A DNA stretch of 64,000 nt from Felis catus (Eukaryota). Under the pieces are notes generated by a model. The model saw only the letters and a program-made list of their open reading frames with translations. It was not told where the DNA came from and did not search any database. Position 1 is the stretch's first letter. The number at the start of each line of letters is the position of its first letter. Below, one piece after another: positions 50,605-62,803 of this stretch. A program made the position numbers and the translations under genes. The stretch lies in contig NC_058368.1 of NCBI RefSeq assembly GCF_018350175.1, positions 128,590,001-128,654,000 on the forward strand, given 5' to 3'.

Positions 50605-51604
50605 TTGCGTGAACTTTTTCTGGGGTGGGCTGGCACCCACCTGCAGTCTCTGGGCATCGGGAGCAGCACGGTCCCTTAAACGTTCCTGGGTGTAGCCAGC
50701 ACCTGGTCATTGCTCTGTGAGACCCTCCTACAGAGGAGCAGGACAGGTCAAAGCCACAGTCCCTCGGAAGTGAGGGGTCAGGAAACACAGCTGCATTTTA
50801 GATAAAACTCAGGAGGGAGGTGCCACCTGGCAACCTGACGGCTTGGTCACAGATAGTGTAAAAGCAGGGAGTGGATGGAAGCCACACACAAAGGATGGGT
50901 ATGCTATTGCTGGTCGGGGAGAGCAGAGTTCTGTTACTAGAGACTGGGTAGCTGGGTGATGCCATTTCACCCCTCATGTGTATGCGCATACACACCTAAA
51001 AGCTCCACAACAATCCACCCCAGTAAGCTAAGCAGCGCCATCTAGTGGAGAATGGAGCCGTTACACTAAGTTCCACCCAACTGGCCCAACCTGGTTCTTC
51101 AGGAACACCACAAATCTCTCTGCCTGCTTAGTTTATGGACTATAAATAGCTTCATAGTTTGACTTATAGGGGAAACTGATGTAATTTCAGTTGTATTTAA
51201 TTCTGTTTGCTGGTCCATCTATTCAATTTTCTTTTTTTTCTTCTTTTTTATTTCTTTTCTTTTTTGTGACTACAGAAAGAGAAAAATCTATTTTTATTTC
51301 ATATTTCATTAAAAATAGTTTTCTTTATTTCTATATTTTTTACTTTTTTGTAAATTTTTCATTTCATCATTTCATTTTTTCTATTTCATTGTATGCATTT
51401 TCTCAAATTTTCAAACGTTTTCCTTTCCCCCCCCCCCTTTTTTTTCTAATCTGTCAGGTTCCTTTCAATAACCAGACCAAAACACACCTAGAATCTAGCA
51501 TCATTTATTTGACATTTTAAATTATTTTTAATTTTTCATTTTTTATTATTTTTAATTTTTTCATTTTAATTTTTTCACCCCATCAATTCCTTTTCTCTCT
51601 TTAA

Positions 51605-52477
51605 ATGACAAAAAGAAGGAATTCACCCCAAAAGAAAGAGCAAGAAGAAATTACAGCCAATGACTTAATCAACACTGATACAAGCAGGATGTCTGAAACA
51701 GGATTTAAAATCATGATTAGAATATTAGCTGAGGTTGAAAATAGATTAGAATCCCTCTCTGCAAAGATAAAAGAAGTAAAAACTACTCAGGATGAAGTAA
51801 AAAATGCTATAACTGAGCTGCAATCTCGAGTGGATGCCATGGTGGCAAGGATGGATGAGGCAGAACAGTGAATCAATGATATAGAGGACAAACTTATGGA
51901 ATAATGAAGCAGAAAAAAAGAAGGAGACTAAGGCAAACAAGCACAATTTAAGAATTAGAGAAATCAGTGACCCGTTTCAAAGGAACAACATCAGAATCAT
52001 AGGGGTCCCAGAAGATGAAGAGAGAGAAAACGGGGTAGAAGGGTTATGTGAGCAAATCATAGTGGAAAACTTTCCTAACCTGGGGAAAGACACAAACATC
52101 AAAATCCAGGAGGCACAGAGGACTCCCATGAGATTCAACAAAAAACAACAATCAATAAGGCATATCATAGTCAAATTCACAAAATACTCATGCAAGGAAA
52201 GAATCATGAAAGCACGGGAGAAAAAGTCCTTAACCTACAAAGGAAGACAGATCAGGTTTGCAGCAACCTATCCACAGAGACTTGGCAGGCCAGAAAGGAG
52301 TTGCAGGATATATTCAATGTGCTGAATTGGAAAAATATGCAGCCAAGAATTCTTTATCCACCAAGTCTGTCATTCAAAATAAAAGGAGAGATTAAAAGTT
52401 TCCCAGACAAACAAAAATTAAAGGAGTTTGTAACCACTAAACCAGCCTTGCAAGAAATTTTAAGGGGGACTTTCTGA
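51605..52477 (+). pseudogene. L1 ORF1p remnant
   Basis: MTKRRNSPQKKEQEE... coiled coil, ENFPNL, QPRILYP..LSF, KPALQEILRG; broken by a stop at 51869-51871 and frameshifts. Confidence 0.92.
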
Positions 52478-52581
52478 GGGGAGAGAAGATGGTAAAAAAA
52501 AAAAAAAGAAAGACCCAAAGCAACAAAGACTAGAAAGGACCAGAGAACACCAGCAGAAACTCCAACTCTACAATAAACATA

Positions 52582-55500
52582 ATGGCAGTAAATACATGTC
52601 TTTCAGTACTCACTCTAAACCTCAATGGACTAAATGATCCAGTCAAAAGACATAGAGTAACAGAATTGATAAGAAAACAAGATCCATCTATATTCTGTTT
52701 ACAAGAGACCCACTTTAGACCTAAAGACACCTTCAGATTGAAAGTAAGGGAATGGAGAACCATCTATCATGCTAATGGCTGACAAAAGAAAGCCAGAGTA
52801 GCCATACTTATATCAGACAGTCTAGACTTCAAAATAAAGACTGTAACAAGAGATGAAGAATGGCATTATATCATAATTAAGGGGTGTATCCACCAAGAGA
52901 CCTAATAAATATAGACATTTATGCTCCAAATGTGGAAGCACCCAAATATATAAATCAATTAGTCACAAACAAACTCATTGATAATAATGCCATTGTAGTA
53001 TGGGACTTCAACACCCCACTTACAACATTGGACAGATCATCTAAACAGAAAGTCAACAAGGAAACAATCCTTTGAATGACACACTGGACCAGATGGACTT
53101 AACATATATATTTAGAACATTTCATCCTAAAGCAGAGGAATATACATTCTTCTCCAGTGCACATGGAATGTTCTCTAGAATAGATCACATACTGGGACAC
53201 AAATCAGCCCTCAACAAGTACGAAAAGACTGAGATCATACTGTGAATATTTTCAGACCACAATGCTATGAAACTCAAAATCAACCACAAGAAAAAATTTG
53301 GAAAGATAGTAAATACTTGGAGACTCAAGAATATGCTACTAAAGAATGAATGGGCTAACCAAGAAGTCAAAGAGGAAATTAAAAAGTATATGGAAGCCAA
53401 TGAAAATGATAACCCCACAGCCCAAAATCTCTGGGACGCAGCAAAGGCGGTCATAAGAGGGAAGTATATAGCAATCCAGGCCTTCCTAAAGAAGGAAAAA
53501 TGGTCTCAGATATACAATTGAACCTTACACCTTAAAGAGCTGGAAAAGGAACAGCAAATAAAACCAAAACCAGCAGAAGACAGGAAATAATAAAGCTTAG
53601 AGCAGAAATAAATGGTATCAAAACAAACAAACAAAACAACCCCAGTAGAACAGATCAATGAAACCAGAAGCTGGTTCTTTGAAAGAATTAACAAAATTGA
53701 TAAACCACTAGCCAGGTTGATCAAAAAGAAAAAGGAAAGGACCCAAATAAATAAAGAATGAAAGAGGAGAGATCACAACCCACACAGCAGAAATAAAAAC
53801 AATAAGGGAATATGAGCAATTATATGCCAATAAAATGGGCAATCTGGAAGAAATTGACAAATTCCTAGAAACATATACACTACCAAAACTGAAACAGGAA
53901 GAAATATAAAATTTTACCAGACCCATAACCAGTAAAGAAATTGAACTAGTAATCAAAAATCTCCAAAAAAACAAGAGTCCAGGGCCAGATGGCTTTCCAG
54001 GGGAATTCTACCAAACATTTAAGCAAGAGTTAACACCTATTCTCTTGAAGCTGTTCCACAAAATGGAAATGGAAGGAAAACTTCCATACTCATTCTATGA
54101 AGCGAGCATTACCTTGATTCCAAACCCAGATAAAGACCCCACTGAAAAGGTGACCTATAGACCAATTTCCCTGATGAAAATGGATGCAAAAATCCTCAAC
54201 AAGATATTAGCCAACCAGATCCAACAATACATTAAAAATATTATTCACCACGACCAAGTGGGATTTATACCTGGGATGCAGGGCTGATTCAATATCCTCA
54301 AAACAATCAATGTAATTCATCACATCAATAAAAGAAAGGACAAGAACCACATGATCCTCTCAATAGATGCAGAGAAAGCATTTACAAAAAATACCATCCT
54401 TTCTTGATAAAAAACCCTCAAGAAAGTAGGGATAGAAGGATCATACCGCGAGATCATAAAAGCCATACATAAACGACCCAATGCTTACATCATCCTCAAT
54501 GGGGATAAACTGAGAGCTTTCCCCCTAAGGTCAGGAACAGTACAGGGATGTCCACTCTCGCCACTCTTATTCAACACAGTATTGCAAGTCTTAGCCTCAG
54601 CAATTAGACAACACAAAGAATTAAAGGCATTCAAATCAGCCAGGAAGTCAAACGTTCACTCTTTGCAGATGACATGATACTCTGTATGCAAAACCCAAAA
54701 GATTCCACCAAAAAACTGCTAGAACTGATCCATGAATTCAGCAAAGTGGCAGGATATAAAATCAATGCACAGAAGTTGGTTGCATTCTTATATACCAAGA
54801 ATGAAGCAAAAAAAAAAAAAAGAGAAATCAAGGAATCAATCCCATTTACAATTGCACCAAAAACCATAAAATACCTAGGGATAAATCTAACCAAAGAGGT
54901 AAAAAATCTGAAAATTATAGAAAACTTATGAAAGAATTTGAAGACACAAAAAAATGGAAAAAGATTCCATGCTCCTGGATAGGAAGAACAAATATTGTTA
55001 AAATGTGGATACTGCCCAAAGCAATCTACATATTCAATGCAATCCCTATCAAAATAACACCAGCATTCTTCTCAGAGCTAGAACAAACAATACTAAAGTT
55101 TGTATGGAACCAGAAAAGACCCTGAATGGTCAAAGCAATCTTGAAAAAGAAAACCAAAGCAGGGGGCATCACAATCCCAGACTTCAAGCTATACTACAAA
55201 GTTGTAATCCTCAAGACAGTATGGTACTGGCACAAGAACAGACACTCAGATCAATGGAGCAGAATAGAGAACCCAGAAATAGACCCATAAATGTATGGGC
55301 AAGTAATCTTTGACATAGCAGGGAAGAATAGCCAATGGAATAAAGACAGTCTCTTCAAGTGGTGCTGGGAAAACTGGACAGGGACATGCAGAAGAATGAA
55401 CCTGGACCACTTTCTTACACCATACACAAAAATAAACTCAAAATGGATGAAAGACCTCAATGTAAGACAGGAAGCCATCAAAATCCTCAAAGAGAAAGCA

Positions 55501-56248
55501 GGCAACAATCTCTTTGACCTTGGCTTTAGCAACTTCTTACTCAATACGTCTCCAGAGGCAAGGGAAACAAAAGCAAAAGTGAACTCATGGGATCTCATGA
55601 AAATAAAAAGCTTCTGGAGAGCAAAAGAAACAATCAGCAAAACTAAAAGGCAACCGATGGAACGGGAGAAGATATTTGCAAAGGACATGTCAGATAAAGG
55701 GTTAGTATCCAAAATCTATAGAGAACTTATCAAATTCAACACCCAAAAAACAAATAATCCAGTAAAGAAATGGGCAAAAGACATGAATAGACACTTCTCC
55801 AAAGAAGACATCCAGATGGCCAACCAACACATGAAAAAATGCTCAACATCACTCATCATCAGGGAAATACAAATGGAAACCACAGTGCAATACCACCTCA
55901 CACCTGTCAGAATGGCCAATATTAACAACTCAGGTAACAACAGATGTTGGCGGGGATGCAGAAAAATAGGATCTCTTTTGCATTACTGGTGGGAATGCAA
56001 ACTGGTGCAGCCACTCTGGAAAATAGTCTGGAGGTTCCTCAAAAAATTAAAAATAGAACTACCCTACGACCCAGCAATTGCACTAGTAGGTATTTATCCA
56101 AGGGATACAGGTGTGCTGTTTTGAAGGGGCACATGCGCCCCAATGTTTATAGCAGCACTATCAACAATAGCCAAAATATGGAAAGACCCCAAATGTCCAT
56201 TGATGGGTGGACAAAGAATATGTGGGGTGTGTGTGTGTGTGTGTGTGT

Positions 56249-56288
<40 letters not shown>

Positions 56289-56410
56289 GGAGTATTACTC
56301 AGCAATCAAAAAGAAAGAAATCTTCCCATTCACAACTACATGGATGGAAATGGAGAGTATTATGCTAAGTGAAATTAGTCAGAGAAAGACAAATACCATA
56401 TAACTTCACT
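52582..56410 (+). pseudogene. L1 ORF2p remnant (endonuclease, reverse transcriptase, C-terminal domain)
   Basis: LNLNGLN, CLQETH, (W)[27 protein letters not shown] near 54660, [11 protein letters not shown]; fragmented over many short ORFs. Confidence 0.95.
56227..56286. repeat. (GT)11 GA (CA)18 self-complementary compound microsatellite
   Basis: Read directly. Confidence 0.95.
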
Positions 56411-58169
56411 CATATGAGGACTTTAAGATATAAAACGGATGAACATAAGGGAAGGGAAGCAAAAATAATACAAAAACAGGGAGGAGGACAAAAACATAAG
56501 AGACTCTTAAATAAGGAGAGCAAACAGAGGGTTGCTGGAGGGGCTGTGGGAGGAGTGGATGGGCTAAATGGGAAAGGGGCATTAAGGAATCTACTGCTGA
56601 AGTCATTGTTGCACTATATGCTAATTAACCTGCATGTAAATTTAAAAAAATAATTTAAAAAATTTTAAAAATTAAGAAAAATTAAGCACAATTATTTACA
56701 ACTAATTTTATTTTTTCCTTATTTTGAATTATTTTAATGACCACCTTTTATTTCTTTGAATCAATAAAATCTTTTCAGGATCTCCATTTCTATTCTGGCC
56801 TTTATAGTGCTGGGATTCCTTTTTCCTTATATTTTTTAATTGAATGCTTGTGCAAGAACAAGATTTTGAAAATGTCTAAAATAGCAGCCTCTAAATTAGG
56901 TATTAGCATCTTGGAGAAAGGTTTATTTTCTGGCCACCTGCCAACTGTCCTGCTAAATTATTGGCAACCAAGTACTTAATGTGACTCTCTGTCAATAAAT
57001 GGCACCCATATGTATCTTTTCTTTTTTGGAATTGTAAAATAGTCAAATATTAACACTACGTAGTCTCAAAAATGAGTCTGGGTCAGGTGTGGAGCCAGCA
57101 GAATTAAATTTGTAGCTACTGCTTAATTTTTGAAAAAGATATTCAGGAATATTTTGGGCAAATATAAACTTGAATGAGTGAATAAAAACAACAACAACTC
57201 TAAAGCTTTAGTTTTAATAAGGGCAGTCATACTCATTAACATTTAACTGTGTCCTTTAAGAAACTGATACCAAAGGAACAAAAAATTAATTGATCATTTT
57301 TTTAAACTTCTAGTATGTATCATTTCAGAGGATCATTCTTATATATCCTTTTTTTGAAAATTATGAAATAATTGAAAACTCCAAATAAATTGTTTTAGCA
57401 ATAAGAAATCATTGCTCTTTTGGAACTTTTAGTATCTTGGTAACCTTTAAAAAATGTTTCTTTTGTTTAATAAGTATGTGGAATAGGCTTATAAAGTTTT
57501 ATTTTCTCTCAATATGCTGAAAACATATATTTGATCTATGAATAGGTATGAATGTTAGAATCACAGACTTATCAGAGGCTTTGGCTATTAATGTGTAAAC
57601 CATAAAAATGTAACAGGTTTGACTCATGTGTACGTCCAAGGTTAAAGTTCCTGTGACTCAAATCTAATCTCTGTGATCTTCCTTTCTCTGCAGTGATCCC
57701 ATTTTTCTCTACTTCTAGAATTCCACACAGCAAGTTATCCCTTTCTCTGGCTTTCTTCCGATAACATGACCTAACTGTCTAACATTCCGTAACAAAGCTT
57801 CATAAGTCCCTTAATTTTTTTTTAAGGCTTGATAATTTATTGTTAAGACTAGATTTTCAGTATAGGAGACCCATTGTATTCAGAGATTGATGATGTAAAA
57901 TTTTGAGTATTTGAGTACACTGTGTCAACTTATGTTTTCAGTGTACTATGAAGTACAAAGCCACTTATGACAGAATAAGTGAAATTGGAGGTTAAGACTG
58001 CATGTTCTTAATGTAGATTCTATGTATTTAAAACACTAGTAGACCAATTGAAGTTGAGTGAAAATAATGGCATATTACCTCAGATCGATAAGGAACAAAA
58101 GATCTCAGAAATATTTTTCACGTGACAGTCTATGTGTACCCCAGTAGATACTAATGTAGGTTGATAATA

Positions 58170-58398
58170 TTTTATTTTATTTTATTTTAATTTTTATTTT
58201 TATTTTAAATGTTTATTTTTGAGAGAGAGCAAGTCTGAGCAGAAGACGGTCAGAAAGAGGGGGAGACAGAGGATTCAAAGAGGCTTTGTGCTGAGAGCAG
58301 TGAGCCAATGTGGGGCTCAAACTCACAAGCCATGAGATCATGACCTGACCTGAAATCAAGAGTTGGACACTTAACTGACTGAGTCACCCAGGTGCCCC
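58170..58398 (-). mobile_element. Can-SINE
   Basis: (TTTTA)n tail, actgagtcacccaggtgcccc. Confidence 0.88.
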
Positions 58399-60289
58399 AA
58401 TGAGATAATCTTTAAAAATACAGTGTCCCTTTGAAGGAGTAAAGCTCTCCACCCCCATTAATTCTCACTTTCTATATTGCTTTAACTGTTAAAGGTAAGA
58501 ATATAGAAGAGAATTTAAGAAGAGAGTTGATTTAGAAGGTTATGGACCGAGGAGATCTTCTCTTGCTTGTAAGGCTTACCGCATGAGTTGGAAGACTTGT
58601 TAGATACAGAAGGAATGAGGAGCCATAAAATCAAGGCGGCATTTGGGAAAGGAAGGAGAATGGTCAAGGCAGACATTGCAGTTTTGTTGAGAGTCCAGGT
58701 GATGTCATTATGAAAATCACCTTTCTCTTTGACAGATACAATCTTCTATATGTCCTTTCAGGGTCTTAGGTCCCATCTGAGACCTACTGTGTCAGAGTCT
58801 CCATTTTCACAAGATCTATAGGTGATTCACATGCACAGTAAAGTTTGGGAGTCACTGCTCCAAACGACTGATCTGTGAGTTAAGCAAGCTTGGTTAGTGT
58901 AGATAGCAGCTCTTCTACTGTCCACATCACCCTCCTCCCTCCCCCATCTCTCTGTGACTCCCTTCATCTGCCCCTTTAATTTTATCTTCCCAGCCTCTCT
59001 AGACTTATTTTTCAGCTCAGTGTTATATATCATTGGTACTTCCCTATTGAGACATGAAGAGAAAGAAGAGAGGAAGATAGGCTAAGTAGTATAGCACTAA
59101 AAAGAGGTTGGTGAAATAAGTAAAATTTCCCTCTTATATTACCCTCATCATCTACCCTATGATTTATTAGATGGCAGAAGATATCTTACGTACAACCCTT
59201 CAGAAGATATTCCCTATAATCCCAGAGAGACTCTCATGCAAGGAGGTGAGATTATTAGATCCTGGGACAGTCTGGAGTAGAGCTTCTGCCTGGTAGTATT
59301 CTCATAGTACCTAATACATGGGCTGACATCTTCCAGCCAGATGACTCATTCTGCTGTTCTTAAGTGTTCTGCTTCTCTGGCTGTTATGAGGAAAGAAGCA
59401 GACGTCTGATATCTCATGAGTAAATTTCAAGCAGCATCTAATTCTAATGGCATTTTTGGCACCAAAGAGGCTTCCCCCTCCCTCTTAAAAGTAAAAATGA
59501 TGGATATTTGCATGATCATACCATACTTTTAAAATTTATGACTCTCTGCCTACCTTTTAATGTCACTATACTGTGAATTGTAAATAAATCCATTATTAAT
59601 GGTGTTCATTGTTGAGAACAGTGGACTTAGTTGATGAGGGCCAACTAGGTTATGTTTCAGCTACTAGAAGATTAGAGAGAATAAACTAAAACAAGGAAAA
59701 AATAATATCCTATTCCTTCTGTAAAATGTGGATAAAAAATAATTCCTAAGATTTTCTTTTTTAAAACTGTCTTGAAAATTAGTCTCGGAAGTAGCTTCAA
59801 AAAACATCTTTGGAAATTACATAAAATGGCATTCTACCTTTCCCTTCTTTCATTTGTTCATTTCAATGCACTATTTCCTGAATTAGTAAATCTGAGAACA
59901 TGAGTGTCATTTGCAGCAAACATCAAGCATTCATAAAATTTCTAATTAAATCTTGGCAGTGTTTCCATCTGTGGGGCTACTAGTAATGACCGCAGATGCC
60001 TATAAGGGTGTGAAACTGGCTTCTTGGTCGCTTGGCCCAAGTTTATTAGGTATTAGTAACAAGTGATACAGTTCTCCTGAGAGTAGAAGTCTGTGCCTTC
60101 TTCTTGTCACTTTTTCTTCTTTTACCACCTTTCTGCTCCCAGTGATGATGTGGTTGCTATTGAGAAAGCATGTCACCAGTCTAGTGGGAAACATTAGATA
60201 AAACCAAAGATTTTAGGGCATTGTTTCTCACCCAAACTCTTTTGTACTCATACTTTCAGCTCTCAGAAAAATACACAGTTTGAATGGAT

Positions 60290-61745
60290 AACTGCAAACC
60301 AGTGGAATAGAACTGAGAGTTGAGACATAAACTCATACCTCCATTGGCCAATTGGTTGACAGCAAGGGTGCTAAGACCATTCAGTGGGGGAAATAAGAGT
60401 CGTCAGCAAAGGCTACTGAGACAATTAGCTCTCCACATACGAAAAGAATGCAGTTGGACTCCCACCACATAACAAAAATTGACTCAAAATGGATCAATCG
60501 TCTACATATAGGAGCAGTGGATTTGTAGATATGACAATGAAAGCATAGTTAACAAAAGTAAAAAAATAGATAAAATGAACTTCATCAAAATAAAAAACTT
60601 TTTTATCAAAAGATATTGGGGCACTTGGGTGGTTCAATCAGTTTAATGTCCAACTCTTGATTTTGGCTCAGGTCATGATCCCAGAGTCATGAGCTCAAGC
60701 CCGCCTTGGGCTCTTCACCGAGCATGGAGCCTGCTTAAGATTCTCCCTCCCTCCCTCTGCCCTTCTCCCCTGCTCGCATGCTTGCTTTCTCTCTAAAAAT
60801 AAAAATAAACTTAAAAGAAAAAAAAGGATACTCTCAAAGTGAAAAGGCAGCCTGTAGAATGGGAGAAAATGTTTGCAAGTCACATTATCTAGTAAGGGTC
60901 TAGTATCCAAAACAGATGAGAAAAATGTAATAACTGCATTTTTAAATGGGCAAAGGATTTGAATAGACATTTCTCCAAAGAAGATATACAAATGACCAAC
61001 AAACACGTGAATGGATGCCAAAATCATTAGCCATTAGAGAAGTGTAAATCAAAACAATGAGTTACCACTTCATACCCACTAGGATGGCTATAGTCAAAAA
61101 AATGAAAAAGTGATGGCAGAGATGTGGAGAACTAGAACCCTCCTACATTGCTGGTGGGAATGTAAAATGGTGTGGCTGCTCTGGAAAAGAATTTAGTGGT
61201 TCCTCCAACAGCTAAACATAGAATTACTATATGACTCAGCAATTCTATTTCCAAAATATATATGCAAAAGAACTGCTACAATTGCAAATACTTATACACA
61301 AATGTTAATAGCACTATTCACAGTAGCTAAAAGGTGAAAACAACCCAAATGTTCATCAAGCGATGAATGGAAAAACAAATTGTGGTATATCCATACAATG
61401 GAATATTCATCAGCCAAAGAAAGGGATGAAGTCCTGATACATGATACAACATGGATAAACCTGTGAACGTAATAATGTTATGCTATATAAAAGAGGCCAG
61501 ACATAAAAGGGCACATATTATATGATTCCATTTGTATGAAATAACCAGAAGAGGTAAATCCATTGGAAGCCATTTGCTGGAGCAAGGAGGAGGGGAGAAT
61601 AGGGAGTGATTAATAGTTACGGGGTTTTCCTTTGGGGTGATAAAACGTTTCAAAAGTAGATAGAGGGGATGGTTACACAATATTTCAAATGTACTAAATG
61701 TCATTGAATTATGCACTGTAAAGTAAGTTTGTCTTATGTGAATTT
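60290..61745 (+). mobile_element. Old L1MB-like 3' portion with nested SINE
   Basis: atgggcaaaggatttgaatagacatttctccaaagaagatatacaaatg; ttggggtgataaaacgtt...gatggttacacaa. Confidence 0.85.
60617..60825 (+). mobile_element. Can-SINE inside old L1
   Basis: ggggcacttgggtggttcaatcag, gagcctgcttaagattctc, A tail. Confidence 0.87.
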
Positions 61746-62705
61746 CTCTTTCTTTCTTTCTTTTAAAGTTTATTTTTAAGTAATCTCTGTACCCAATATG
61801 GGACCCGAATTCACCACCCCAAGATCAAGAGTCTCATGCTCCTCTGTGTTTTAAAATTTCAAAGTATAACTAGTTACACTAGAACCCAGAGATAATGCTT
61901 TCAAAACCAGCATCTTCAAATACAGTGTATTTTGGGAAATGTTTGCTGTGGAGTCAGAATACTTTATCCTAACACTATTTGGAGAAAGTTTTCCAAAAAT
62001 TAGATATCCTTTTATTTTGTTTTGTTGTATTCTGTGGTGTTTGGTTTTGTTTTTTGCCTTTTACAAATCAAAAAATCTAATAGTCTTTACAGTTCCAGAT
62101 TGAAAGAATTTTTTTAATTTTTTGGGTGGTATTTGCATAATTGTTTTGATAGGAAAAATTAAAAATGTTAGAAGACAACATGATAGAAGAAAATATTTAA
62201 ATTGTTATAAATGATTACTGGAGTATAATAAAATCTTTACTGTGTTGAGGATCCAATGCTTAACTGAGTGTGTAATGTGTCAGCCTTGACAGTGTGCTAA
62301 TCATGTGTCCAACAAAAAAGATGAACAAAGGGATTAAAAGAGCTTTAGTCTCTAGTGATCCTTTTCAATGAGGACTGAATAGATTGAATGTTCATTTGCC
62401 ACATATGGTTTCATTAATAGCACTTCAGCTTTTCTCTGCCCCATTTGAGGCTTTACACTTAGGGAAGTGAATCCAGCCTCCCATCAGACTTGCCAGTTTC
62501 CATATGTACTCTTCTAAGGTTATTTTTCAACACTTTCTAAACCATGTTAAGAAATGCTTTATTCATAAAGAAGCTTATTGCATGATTAAAGTCAATAAAT
62601 GTTATCCTGATGTTGTGTTTGATAAGAAAACATGCAGATATTAAAATAAGAATCTTAAGTATCTATCTCAGATGACAGTGAAATGCAGTTAGTCATGTAC
62701 TTAAA

Positions 62706-62803
62706 AGGGGGGAGATGCCTGGCTGGCTTAGTCCGTAGAGCATGTGACTCTTGATCTCAGGTCATGAGTTCAAGCCCCATATGGGGTGTAGAGCCTACTT
62801 AAA
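62706..62803 (+). mobile_element. Short old tRNA-Lys-derived carnivore SINE
   Basis: gcctggctggcttagtc.gtagagcatgtgactcttgatctcagg..gagttcaagcccca; similar minus copies at ~38280-38391 and ~61765-61842. Confidence 0.8.

Larger units (their letters stand above)
49720..56680 (+). mobile_element. Full-length, inactivated carnivore L1 (LINE-1)
   Basis: 5' end GGGGAGGAGCCAATATGGCGG, long 5' UTR, ORF1 and ORF2 remnants, 3' UTR and A-rich tail; many stops and frameshifts; no clean TSD identified. Confidence 0.95.

Noticed and set aside
55291..56124. 277-aa ORF, the longest in the window
   Set aside because: C-terminal fragment of a dead L1 ORF2; upstream stops and frameshifts exclude an active element
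62706..62803. tRNA-Lys-like sequences here and at every Can-SINE head
   Set aside because: SINE-derived A/B boxes with broken stems and SINE tails; not functional tRNA genes
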